Of a stretch of DNA of 64,000 nt, positions 23,955-36,289 are shown piece after piece. The DNA lies in NCBI GenBank assembly GCA_017654855.1, contig JAFMPO010000001.1, forward strand, positions 868,001 through 932,000, written 5' to 3'. A model generated the notes under the pieces. The model made no database searches. It saw only the letters and a program-made list of their open reading frames with translations, and was not told the DNA's origin. Positions within the stretch are counted from its first letter, which is position 1, and each line of letters begins with the position of its first letter. The position numbers and the translations under genes are program-made. The DNA comes from Podospora anserina. Taxonomy: Eukaryota.

Positions 23955-25615
23955 ATGGCTCAACTGCCGTCCGAGGTCATGGGCCAGTGTGTTGCTATTC
24001 TTCTCTACAGCTGGTTTTGCCTGGCCGTCGGCTTGTTCTTGCTGTGGATCGTGTGGGTTCATGATGAGCGCACGAGCTGTGAGTGCTTCACTGTCGTGGA
24101 GATATCAGCCAACGAGAGAGAGACTAACCAAGCTCAGATGTCATCATGCTGGGGTCTTTCATGGTCTTGCACACATTTACCTCAATCATCCAGCAAATAC
24201 ACACCATCACCTGGTGGAACGATATCAAGACGGCACAATGGCAGAATGTCGTTGCCAATGTGGGGAATCCTGAGCTCAACATCACGGGTGCATCAACCGG
24301 TCTGGATTTAGTGCTGTTTTACATTCGTGGGTTGCTTTGTGGTCGACTACCGGGAGCGCATACTGATGGTTGCACAGAGTACTATTGCTACAATGTAGAA
24401 TCACTACTCGTTGTCTTTTGGGCTGTAGAGCTGGCCAACAGTATCTTCCAGCTACGCATCACCAAAATGTACCGGTTCCACGCCTCTCTGATTGCCAAGG
24501 GTACCGCGGCCGTGATTCCGGCCGTGTTTATGGTTTTGCTTCGGTTCAGCAAGATTCAGGCCAGTACCGTCGGGTTCCTGATCTTGTCCAGCGGAATCAG
24601 TACGTTTATAAGCTTTTCTAGTCTGCTGAAGAGCACTTGCTAACAAGCCCCCAGTGATCGCTTGCTTCCTGGCCGGCAGCTTGATCTTGTTGTCGATTCT
24701 TGGCAAATACATTCACTCGCGGGTAATGGTGTTGTCATGGGACGTTCGGTATGGGCGCTCAACGAACACTGGTGGAGGCACCTCGGATGGAACGAATCCA
24801 ACCAGTAGCTCGCAGCCGAAGCCTCCGTTGCCGAAGAGGAAGAATATCTACGACAGGTGGTTGGTGTTGCGGTTCACCGTTGCTTTCATCGCCTTGAGGT
24901 ATGTATACCATCACATCATGGACTGCGAGCACAGAGAACTGACAGACAACGCAGCCTTTTTCAACTCGTCGTTGTCATGTTCCAGCTCCGAGCTTCACAG
25001 ACCAACTCGGTCGAAAATGTCCCGGCAGAGCCGGACCTGAGTGCCGGGAGAGCCGTTACCGACTTTGTTCTTTACATCCCTGGAGTTACGGCGCCGGTAC
25101 TGGCTTATTTGGTGTTTGGAACAACGAGGACCTTTCGAGATTATGCCTGGTCCGTACTTGCGCCGCGGTGGTTGCAGGCGAAGCGAGAGGCACGCAAGCA
25201 GGCCAGGAAGAAGCCCAGCGTCGTGATCGGTGCGAGGGAGTTGGCCATCATCAGCCAGGAGCAGGCAAACAAAGCGGGCCGTGATTTGGAATCAGGACTT
25301 CGTCATTACGAGGTCAGCGTCACTGCCGGGAGGGATAGGGCGAACAGCAACGCTGGGAGGGAAAGGTCATTTAGCAACGCCGGGAGGGATAGGGCGTATA
25401 GCAATGCTGGGAGGATGAGGGGGAACAGCATAAGGCTGCAGAACCTCAATTCTTCCCACAACCACATTGTGGGTGCGATGAAGGATAAGGACTCGGATGA
25501 GGATGAATGGCCGATTATGAAGCATGAGTCCATTCAGGTCACGACCGAAATCGACCGAAGCTCTGGCCACTCTAGTCAGTGGAAGGATATGATGGACAAG
25601 GATCGGAGGATATGA
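23955..25615 (+). CDS. Multi-pass (about 7 TM) GPCR-like membrane protein
   Basis: Exons 23955-24078, 24138-24326, 24378-24599, 24655-24898 and 24955-25615. Successive hydrophobic helices, DRWLVLRFTVAF and YLVFGTTRTFR, followed by a long cytosolic tail with 9-aa repeats (GRDRANSNA). Confidence 0.8.
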
Positions 25616-25809
25616 TGGAGAAGGATCGGAGGATTATGAGGAACCGGGAGCAAAGGGGAATGGCGTTTTGGTTTCCTTTGTTTTTTTATGATACCCTCGT
25701 TGCGCCTGACAATGATACGATTGACTGGATGACATTTCGTTGGATGTCTGATAATTTCTTTCGAGCTGCCCCGTTTTATCTGCGATAACCACGTCTTTTG
25801 GTGTTGTTT

Positions 25810-27792
25810 TTACTTCTTGCTCCCCAATCTTCCCAGTCTGACTGGTGCAACTAAACACAGGTTCGCAACGGCCAGAGCGAAGCAACATAGAAAAGTTAGA
25901 CGCAGGGCGGCGGCGTAGCTCTGTACGACTTGATCCTGGTATGTCCCCTCCAAGTCCCTGATAGCCTCGACCGACTTTCTGACTTTGCTGATCACAGCCT
26001 CCTTTTCCGGTCCGCTGACGAATTCCTGGAGGTGATACCACAGCGAGTTTTGCACGACAAGCGATGAGCAGGCGACTCCGAGAATGTTGCCTGTGCTTCT
26101 CCACAGCATCAGGGTGCTGGTCACGACAGCTTGCTCGTGCTGCTCTGACGCGGCGAGCACAGCCATGAAGCTTCCCGGGAACTGGAAACCTTGGCCTGCC
26201 GACGCCGGCACGAGACAGAGCATGTAAACCCATGTCGGCCAGCCCCTTTCCATGCTGAACAAGCAGAACAGTCCGGCTATGACGAGCGTTGCGCCTGTGG
26301 TGAGCGGCCACTTCATCCGGCGGGACCAGGTGATCAAAAAGCCGGTTGTCATTCCGCAGAGGGCCTGGACCGCCGAGCAGGTCACCAGGCGGAGGCCGGA
26401 CTCTGTGGCCGAGGTGAGGAGGACGCCTTGGAAAAACAGCGGTCTTTTTTTTTTTTTTTTTTGTCAGCTGAGAATTCAAAGACAAGAGAGGCAAAAGATG
26501 CTTACACGTTAAACAGTATCGCCGCCGCCAACAATGCCGAAATATGGCTCGACACCATCAGGTTCATGTGCGGCGCCTTGAACACCAGATGAAGCGGCAT
26601 GATCGGGTTTCTAACCCATCCCTCCACCCACAAAAACACGGGGAACACCACCGCAAAGAACATCAACGACCCTACCACAACCGGATGGCTCCAAGGGAGA
26701 ACGTTTCCCCCCAGCCCAACCCCCAACACCAACCCCGTCACGCTCCCCGCCAGGGTCGCGGCTCCCCAAAAGTCAAACTCTCTCAACGCCTGCTGTATCG
26801 TCACCTTCTGTTTCCCGTACAGTCCTAAATCACCGGGGATCACCAACCCGCTCACTCCCACACAGATGATCAGAACAGGAACCTGAACCCCAAACTCCCA
26901 CCTCCACCCCAGACAATCCGCCATCAGACCCCCCAGACCCGCCCCCATCATGGACCCGACACCAAAAGTAACATTCATCAAGCTCTGATATCTAGGTCGG
27001 ATCTCGATAGGCACGACATCAGACATGATGATGCTCCCCAGCGTCATCATCCCCCCCGCTCCGAGGCCGCAGACTGCTCGAGCCAGGATGAACTGGAGCA
27101 TGGACCCAGCAACGGCGCACCATAGCGTCCCCAAGGAGAAGACGGCAGCGAGGATGAGGTAGGGTGTTTTCCTGCCAATCGCATCCGACAAACCCCCGAC
27201 CAACGGCTGAAAAGAGGTCTGGGTGAGCAGAAAGGAAGTCGAGAGCCAGGAGGCAGAGTTGGCAGAGTGAAAGTGGGAGGTTATCACCGGGTGGGAGGAG
27301 GCCATGATTGTGCCGTCGAAGCAGATTATCAGTTCTGCGTTGTCGTTAGGATTTTTCAGGTACGCTTGAGCTGGTTCGGGGTGGGTAGGAAGACGACGGG
27401 CTGAGCTTACGGGAGAGAATTATCTGGCCGAACAGCAGCCAGAAGCGGGGCCGGGAGAGGCCGGAGAGGTAGGGAGATTTGCTGGGAGCGCTTGACGGGA
27501 GGAGGGGGGTGGACTCGGTTTTTTTGGGCTGGGAGGGAAACGAGGAGGAGGCCGAGGAGATGGTGGTGCTGCTGCTGGGAGTGGAAGCATAGTGAGGACG
27601 GGGGATGCGAAAAGGGGGTTGTTGCGGTCGAGAACCGGGGAGGAAGAGGTCGAATGGGTTGGTGGTTTCATCGTCGCTGGAGTCGTCAGACGAGGAGAGA
27701 GATTCTGACGATTCAGAGTTTTTGTCACTTTCCCAGGGGTTCTTTCGGTAGAGGTACACCTCACGGTGCGGCGGTCTTTCCTGAGAGCTCAT
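25810..27792 (-). CDS. MFS transporter, 14-TM DHA2/Vba-like family
   Basis: Exons 27792-27411, 27334-26506 and 26443-25810. Motifs FDGTIMASSHP, WLSTSFLL, LSDAIGRK, ARAVCGLGAGG and GWRWEFGVQVP. The start codon is less certain. Confidence 0.9.
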
Positions 27793-28681
27793 GATGTTTG
27801 CGTTCACACCATCGACAGACAGACAGACAGACACAAAAGAAACCACAAATATTCACACTCAAGTCACACTACATATTTTGGGTATTCGTACAACTCAATA
27901 AACTCCGTTAAACCCTTCCCCCCCTCAACCCATCTCCGATTCTCGGTGGCGGCTTTGTGTGATATTTGTATGGCGTTATGCATCCAAACCCGCACTAACA
28001 CCATGACGCCTTCGCCCTTGCTTCCTGTCGTTCGGTTGCGATGCGGCGCCGACGATACATATCCCCCCCACACACCAGTCCCACACCATACCTCAAAACT
28101 TGCCTCTCATCACCTTTGTCCAATCACCTTGCGTCTTCTCAGCTACCACGTTAAGGGTGCAACTTGTCAACTTGCATCATGCAGAGCCACCCCTCTTCCG
28201 CAGTGAAATAGGACGAATGACCAATATTCCGAGACTGCATTCTTGGATGTGTGACATGTATGTGCGGGGATATCCCCGATGGGTGCTGTCAACAAGGTGA
28301 ACGGTACGGCCTTTGAAGATAATTGGAGGCCTTTGATGTTAAAGACAGACGGAGATGTGACACGGACAGTTTCACACATATCAACGACGACCCAAGGGAT
28401 CAAAGATCAGAATAGGGCTTTGAAAAAGTCACAATATGCGTAGGAAAATCGATTCGATGCCTCCCTCAACACCAAACATGCCTTCCTCAAATGCAATTAG
28501 GCCTGGTCTGCATGAAAAAGGCCCTCCTATATCTCCAGGACGCCTGTAACCTCTTCAAAGAGGCCTATCTAGCAAACAAATGGGCCTCAAAAACGTCTAG
28601 ATACGCGCAGAAAGAATCTAATTAGGTCTCAAAAGAACCTCGGTACGCCTCAGATGACAGAACGCATGCCTCAAAAAGACA

Positions 28682-30459
28682 TCAGGTACGCATGCTGGCC
28701 AAAGCAGCAGGCACCAAAACGCCGGCGCCGGTGATACCGCCATCGTGGCAGGGATGCAAGACCACACGAATAGGGGCTTTCCCATCAAACTCCAACGCCA
28801 AAATCTTATCCAGATAGGCCTGTGTGTCGGCCAAGTAGTCTTGGAAGTGCTGAATGCACCCACCAGTGTATCCAACCACCAACTCAGTGATGTCCTTCTT
28901 CCCAATAGCACCAGGCTCCGGGATCTCCTCGGCACACATCAGCAAACCAATTGTCGAAGCAGCAATGATGCCGGCAGCTCTCTTCTGAATCGCCACGGCA
29001 ATCTTGTGCAGGACGGCCTCGAGCGTCTTGGTCCACTCAAACTCGGGATGCTCGGCCGGGAACTCGTTGCTCAGCTGGTCGGCCATGCTACCGTTGGGGC
29101 TGTTGTGGTAATAGTGGCTCAAGAAAGTGGTGGTGAGGCCAAACCTCTTACGAAGCTTGCTTGGCAGCGTAGAGACAGCCAGCTTGAGGACATTGATGCA
29201 GTAGTCAAGAAACATGATTCTGCCCAGCTCGCCCAGGTAGCGTCCGGCAGTCATGTACTCAAGAGGCTGGAAGCCGGGAATCTCTCCGGCCCTGTCAAGC
29301 TCCTCGTCCCACTTGTTGATCAGACCAAACTTGCGGAGAGGAGGCGCAGAGCCGTTGATGCTCCACTCGGTGTTGACAGCAATTTTGGCTGTAGCCACAT
29401 CTTGACCGGGCAAGACGTTGATGGAAGCCGGGCGCTTGCTCTCATGCAGGGTAGAAAGCTTCAGGGGAATGGTGGCGTTGCAGCCCGTGCCGACAATGAC
29501 GCCCATGGCCGCTTTCTGATGGGCTTTGGCGGGAAACTGGCAGATGAAAGAGACAAGAGTTGACACGGAATCGTTCGCAATCGCAGCAATCTTGATGTTC
29601 GGCATGTCAGCAGTCTTGTGCTTCTCATAACCAGTGGTCAGGTGGCCACCGAGATCCAGGTTAGACGTGATGGCAAAACCCTTTCCCATCGCCATCAGTT
29701 TGGCCTCGGACAGTGAGGTCTGGTGCATGGGGAAACTGAACGTGACACCCAGGGGAAGGTCCTGGTCAGGAGAAAGACTGAAGGCATCGCAGCCCTTGCG
29801 GACAACATGTGCAATGCGGTCGCCAATCCATGAGAACAAACTCTCCGAATTCTCGTTCTTGAGACTTTCACCGATGGGCCAGGAGTGCTCGAGAAGGCGG
29901 TTCAACTTGCGGGAGGTGCTGGGCACGCCAGCGTCATCCACAACCAAATTGTGCTGAAGCTCGATGAACCCAACACGGAGGTTGGTTCCGCCACTAAGAA
30001 ACGTTAATCCCAGCTCTCCGAAGTCTAACCGAACCAGGAGAGTGTGGCTTGGGTTTTCTTACATGTCAATGGCGAGGTAACTGTTTGGTGAAGATGAAGT
30101 GTCAGCATCTTGTTCATCGCTTCGTCTGTGTATCAACCCCCGCACTTTATGCAGCTGCCGACCGGAGCCGACTCGTCCGTTACATTCGCCTAGAAGCAAT
30201 ACATCTCCTGCTCCTTTGGGCAACCTCAGCCAAGATTCATGAGATGATAAACTTACCGACCGCTATCACTGCCGTCCTGGCCAGCGCTCACCTCGGGGGA
30301 TAAGATCGATTCAGAGATTGGGGTGGGCAGGAACATGTCCGACGACTCGGCTGAGAGCTTGCCAAAGGTCGAGGCCATCTCGCGAGCGAGCCCAGAGAGT
30401 TTCTGGACATCGATAGCCAGTGGCTCGAGAAACTTGTCGATTTCAAGCGTCGAACCCAT
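28682..30459 (-). CDS. Atypical hexokinase-family protein (HxkC/HxkD or N-acetylglucosamine kinase-like)
   Basis: Exons 30459-30257, 30080-30063 and 29993-28682. Motifs FLPTP, YLAIDIGGTNLRVG, LGVTFSFP, MGKGF, AIANDSVSTL, GVIVGTGCNA, NTEWS, EYMTAGRYLGEL and DGGITGAG. Confidence 0.92.
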
Positions 30460-31283
30460 GTTGACGACTGTACAAAGGAAACAAGGGGGGGTACAGATGC
30501 TGTAGGAGAACGAGATGCTTCTAACACTTCGGGTAACGGCTGTCGATGGTCCAAGAGGAACCAAAACGTGCTGAACGCGTAAAGATTGTTGCTTGGAAAG
30601 AATTCAAAACAAAATAACCCTGGGAAAGTCGCTAAGTGGCGGAGTGCTTCCCATAGCTGTTGGTAAACGGCAGGAGCGACGACGGACGGGCACCTTCGAT
30701 ATTCAAGAGCGATGGAATCTTTCCCCCCTTGAAGCATTTGCCGCTAAGAGAGGGAAACAGAAACATATATAAAAAAAACACCTTCGAGTCTGCCAAAATA
30801 TTGGCCTGTGACGAGCAATATTGAATACGCTGCCTCTTTGGGCTACATCAGCGTCCCAATGTCACGTATCATCGACTCAGCAGGCAGCATGTCGTGGAGG
30901 TTGCCTTTGGGGCCACGATCACCACAGCCAATCAGCGGTCTTGTTACACCTTGATGGCGTCCTTCAGCGCACCCACCTGTTCTGCCAGCAGGGGGTCGCC
31001 CTCAGCGTGCAACCACGGGAGAGGCACGACGACGTCCATCGTCAAAACAGGAAACCTTCGGGAATTTCTAGATGCATGAACGGGACCCCAAAATAGCCAC
31101 GGGAGTGTTTAAGCTCGTCTCTTAATCTGCTCATTGCATGCCCCTGCATTTCATTTTCGCCCAACCCTAACCCAACAGATGATACTATGGAAACTCCGTT
31201 TTGAGTCATGTCTTGTCTCATGGCCATGACACATGCTGATATGCCTGTTATCTATACATTATTGTCTTGCTGTGGTCCATCTT

Positions 31284-33711
31284 CTAATGCCCATTGATCC
31301 TCCCTCCATTCAGTGTCAGCTCCTCTAGCTCAGCTCTCATCTTCCGGTACTGCTCCTGTGCCTCTCTCTCCCTGGTGCTGACAAATGCAACCTCGGCCCT
31401 GAGAGCTCCAAGACGTCTTTGAATCGCGGCCTCCTCTGATGTCTGCAGGACCTTGAACCCACTCAGCGCAGCCCTGGCCTTTTCCAAAGCCTCGTGGGCC
31501 TCCCCAATCTTCTTGCGCAGCATCTCGGCCCGGTTCTTGTACCCGCCCAAGTGCAGATTCAACTTCTTTTCCAGCTTATTGCCCTTCTCTGCGGAAGCAA
31601 TCAAGGCGTCGATAGCAGTCTGAATCATGTTAGCCCATACAGATTCTTGAGTTTTCCGCCCCTGTGTGTGGGAGACGTGTGGAAGAACTTACGTCCAGTG
31701 CCGATCGCATGATGGCAATGTTTCGCTCCTCCTCGCTGTCATCCTCATCGTCATAGCACCCAAGACCCAGCAACAGGGCGTTGGTATTGTTCCTGTTGTA
31801 CACTGCCTGGACAGCCTCCGGCTTCGGCTTTTCCCTCATCTCCATGAGAATCTGAAGACGAGCCTCTTCTAGAGAATCATCTTCGAAACGGGCGATATCC
31901 ACCGGCTTCACGTTTGGTGGCGCCCCTGGAAGTGGGTATTTGGTCGCATCATGTGCCATCAACAGGGCCGCTTCCTTCGCCACCAGCTTCTCCACCTCAC
32001 TCTCGTCACTCTTGCTCAGCTCTGCGAATGTAGCTTTCCAGTCTACATATACTGGCCTTGGCAAGTCCTTTTGCATGACCTGGGTCCGTCTCTTGCGCTC
32101 CAAGTACTCGCGGGCTTCGCGGATCTGCCGCTCTCTGCGATCTCGCTCCGCCGCATCCTCCTCCGTCTCCTGCGCAACAGCCGGCTCCTGTTGCTCATCC
32201 GGCAGTTCCAATTCCCAGTCAGTTTCCTTGGGTTTGGGAAGGGCGGCAAGTCTTTCCTTGAGTTGGTGTCGGAGAGATAGATCGCGCAGTCTGGCGTCGT
32301 TAGGGGTTCCTCCAACCATGGACATTTCATCATCGTTGGCGTTCAGCGCGAAGCTATCGCGAGGCGTGCGATGAGGAGTTTGGCCAACCCTGGCTGGAGT
32401 AGCGCCGACCCCATTTGCGCCCGACCGGAAAGGGGTTGCCAGCGGGTTTTCCGTGACTATCACCTGCCTCCGTGGCGCTACCGATTCGAACCCGGTTGAA
32501 CCTGCACCCTCATGGAGAGGGGTGTTCTCACCACCCAACAGAGATGACTGCGTCTCAGTCAAGGCTCTAATGTTCCGGATCTCGTTCGCGATGTGGTCTT
32601 CTTGCGCGGGAGCTCGAGGTGTTCTGATCGGCGCGCTGGTGTTGAGCGTTGTGTAGTTGCCAACCAAGCCGCGGGTGGCATCATTGTCGCTCTCGCGAGC
32701 CATCATGCTTGCCCTTTCTCCGATCATGCCCATCTTGACGATTTCCTCCAACTCACCCTCGCCAACCTGAGGGGCTGGAAGCACTAGCGCTCTCCTCTTG
32801 CTGCTCTGCTCTGCCTCGCGCATCTTCTGCATCTGACCAGCCTTGAGCGCTGCCTGCATCGACTGCGAGGGCCCCTCATTCTTTTTTCGCTTCCTATCAC
32901 CTTCCTCATCGCCCTCCCCCTTCCGCTTGTTGCCAACTTGCTGCTTCTTGGGGTCGAAATGGGCTCGCTGCCACTCATTGCGCGCAATCTCCTCAGTCGT
33001 ATCGTAGAATCCAGGTACAGCCTTCTTTTCGAACGGAATATCGGCATTATAGTCCATCTGCCCCTTCTTCCTTGTTGTCACCTTGATGTTGATGCCGGCC
33101 GTTTTCAGCTCTCGTCGTTTCTGAAGCGCTGCCAGCCGTCTGGACTCCTCCTGCTGTCGTTCACGGGCCTTGCGCTTGGCCTTCTTGCCCTGTGTATTGG
33201 CAAGACGGGCGCGCGCCTCGCTCAGCATTTCCTTCTCGTCCTCGTCGAGATCGATGGTGTCGGGTCGGGCAGGCTTCGTTTCGGGATCGGGATCCACCTC
33301 GCCAGGGCGTAAACGACGAACATCATCGGCGGATGGTGCCTGGGCTTCTCCTCCATCGGGACCGGTCAGACCGAGGGACGAGGCTTCTCGTTGTTCGGCT
33401 TCGTCGAGGAGTTTCTGGTAGCGTTCGAGACACTGGTTGGCAGTGCGGCCGACAATCGGGGCGATAGTGCGCCATTGCGTGGGCATCAACTTTGCCAAAT
33501 GTAACAACTTTTCATCCTCCTCCTTGCTCCACTCGATCTTCTTGATGCTGGGGTCGAGCCACTCGTTCCATCTTGCCTTGCACTGTTTTGGTGTTTTCCG
33601 GGCCAAGAGCGACGAGACACGCGCCCACTGGTTCAGCCCGTACTTGCTGACGGACGCCTTGAGAATTTCATCTTCGATATTCGTCCATACACCTCCTTTT
33701 ACCACGGGCAT
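31284..33711 (-). CDS. CEF1: Pre-mRNA splicing factor Cef1/Cdc5 (Myb repeats, NTC complex)
   Basis: [58 protein letters not shown]. Exons 33711-31693 and 31619-31284. Confidence 0.98.
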
Positions 33712-34216
33712 CTTGTTTACTGGTCGGTTTGATGGGCCCGGTTGGCGATGATTGTGGAATGTTGAAAAAGTTGGAACAGGCAAGTCACGGAAAAGTGGAA
33801 GGCGAAGCTGCGCGCGAGGCTTGGTTTGACGACTGGGCGTTGCACCATTTGATTGGGTGGAAATCCAGATGTAAGGACCCACACAAGCTTTTCAAGATGG
33901 CTCTTGGCAGTCTTTTGATCCTTGTCAGCCCGCGTCTCCCAGCGCGTCGCAACTGACTTGCTTCCAACTTCCAATTGACAGAATCTCAACCACCGAAGCG
34001 CAATCTCAACGGCGACTAATTTTCGGGTATATACTCAGCCAAACCTTCCATTCCACTTGATCGAACAGTATAGAGCGTTGCCTTTTTTTCTTTCTCTTTC
34101 GTTAACAGTTTCTACGTCAAAAAGCGAATGTATTGCGCCATTGATAGAGCTGTTCTCTACTCAGAGCATCTTTTCGTCGATACAATAGAAACCAGTGCGT
34201 GAGCAAATCCGCAACA

Positions 34217-35996
34217 ATGGCCGACCCAAGCTCCCCGCAACCTCCAAGTGAGACCACGCCTTCCTTGATCTCTTCTATACCTCAAAAGCGTGCGCTCCCA
34301 GACGACACCCACAGTCCCGCCGTTCCCTCGCCCCTCAATCCCGATGGGAAATCCCAAAAAGTACAGATTCAGCCACCAGCAGAAGAAGGAACAACCATGG
34401 GACGAGAGAAACGGACGAAAAAGGAGTCTCTCAAAAAGAGAGAGTCCAAGGGCGCCACGGGAGGTGACAGCTCGAGGGCTTCACCAACACCCAAGCCGAA
34501 AGAGCAACCTGGTGAGATGGCGCCCTTGAGATACAAGCTCGCGCCCCCAAAGATCACCGACTTCGACCTTCCGCGTGGGCCAGTATTCACCAGCCATCAC
34601 GAGGTACAAGATTCCGAGGGGAGATCAATTGAGTTCTACGAGACGTCAGATCAGTAAGTATTCTCTACCTCCTATTGGTGAAGAGCTTGTCTAACATCAT
34701 TGCAGTGTCTACAACAAGAAGAACTTCCACTACACCCACTGTATTGCCGATCCTACGTTTCCTTCCATGTTCTACTATCGCAACACTGAGCCAGAACCGT
34801 ATGGCGCCCACCTGAATTTCGAAGATGCCGCCTCGCACATGTATTTCGACCAGCAAGGCACACATGTGACCTCTGATAAGGGCTTCCGGATGGCTCGTGC
34901 CAATGTCGCAGTAAGGGAAGGGCGTTGGTACTGGGAGTGCAAGGTCACTCGTGGAATTTTGAAGAAAAAAAACGAAGGCGATCCAGAATCCCATGGGCAC
35001 ATTCGTCTCGGATTTGCGCGTAGGGAAGCCTCCCTCGATGCGCCGGTTGGGTTTGACGCTTACAGCTATGGAATTCGGGACAAATCTGGCCAGAAGATTC
35101 ACATGTCTCGACCCAAAGACTTTTTCCCCGAAGGCGAGGACATCAAAGAAGGAGACGTGATTGGTCTCGAGATCCAATTACCTTCCGAGCGGCTGCACAG
35201 AAAAGTCGTTCAAGGGCACTACAACCCGGCTGTTGATCTCATCGCTGAAGACGAAGGCCATCCCGACGGCATCAGCGAGTACCCCAACATCATCCGCGAC
35301 CGTATTCCGATCCGCTTCAAAGCTCACATCTACTTTGAAAAGATCGACTACCACACCACCAAAGAGTTGGAAGAGTTGATGAATCCAAGTTCGGGACCTA
35401 ACAATTCCTCCGAACCTCCCAACCCGAATCACACCTCTCCAGCGTTGCGCACCCTTCCCAACTCATACATCAAGGTCTACAAGAATGGGAAGTTTATGGG
35501 TACTCCCTTCACCGATCTGTTAGCTTTCTTGCCCCCAGCGTCAAGAATGGTGAACAACCAACAAGCTGGCGGTAGCGGTGGGGCCGGCGTGTTGGGCGGC
35601 AGAGATGTGCTTGATGATGGGTCGGTGGGGTATTATCCTGCCGTGAGTGTCTTTAGAGGAGGTGCCGTTGAGTGCAATTTTGGGCCCAATTTCTGGTATC
35701 CTCCGCCTGAATTTTCACAGCAACAACCGCAAGGGGAGGATGTGATTGTGGCCGAAGGTGATGCTAGCCAGAAGCCAGAAGCGGGAGAAAATCAGCCACG
35801 TGCATTGGCGGATAGATATGACGAGCAAATAGTAGAGGACATTCTCTATGACATTGTCGATGAGGTTGGCTTCTGGTCTTTGGGGCTGGGGAGAGGTGGG
35901 AGTAAGGATGAAAAGTTGGCTGAAGGAGGGACAGGCCTTGCTATGCCACCAGGCGGTGGGAGGGAGGAGATCAAGGAGTTGGTTCAGGATGATTAA
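34217..35996 (+). CDS. BRE2: COMPASS/Set1C subunit Bre2/Ash2 (SPRY domain)
   Basis: Exons 34217-34653 and 34706-35996. Motifs KGFRMARANVAVREGRWYWE, HIRLGFARREASLDAPVGFDAYSYGIRD, YYPAVSVF..NFGP and a C-terminal Dpy-30-binding-like EDILYDIVDEV. Confidence 0.95.
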
Positions 35997-36289
35997 TTGC
36001 TTGCTTGAGAGAACCGAGGTACCAGTCTCATCAAGAGGTGCGGTGACTATCTAATATCAAACTATTACTCCTTGCTCAACATGAAGATTATCTTCTGGCA
36101 TGTGATTCTGTATACTTCACTTCTCATTCTGCTTCAGGCAATCATGAAAATGAGAATTCGTAGCTGCCTGATTTGATGTTCTGTAAGTCGCTGCGAATGC
36201 CTGGACCCACTTTTGACTTCACCACACAGCTCACAGCCCCTCCATCTCCCTCACTTTCAGCACCACTTCAACGCCAAAAAGCTACAGAA

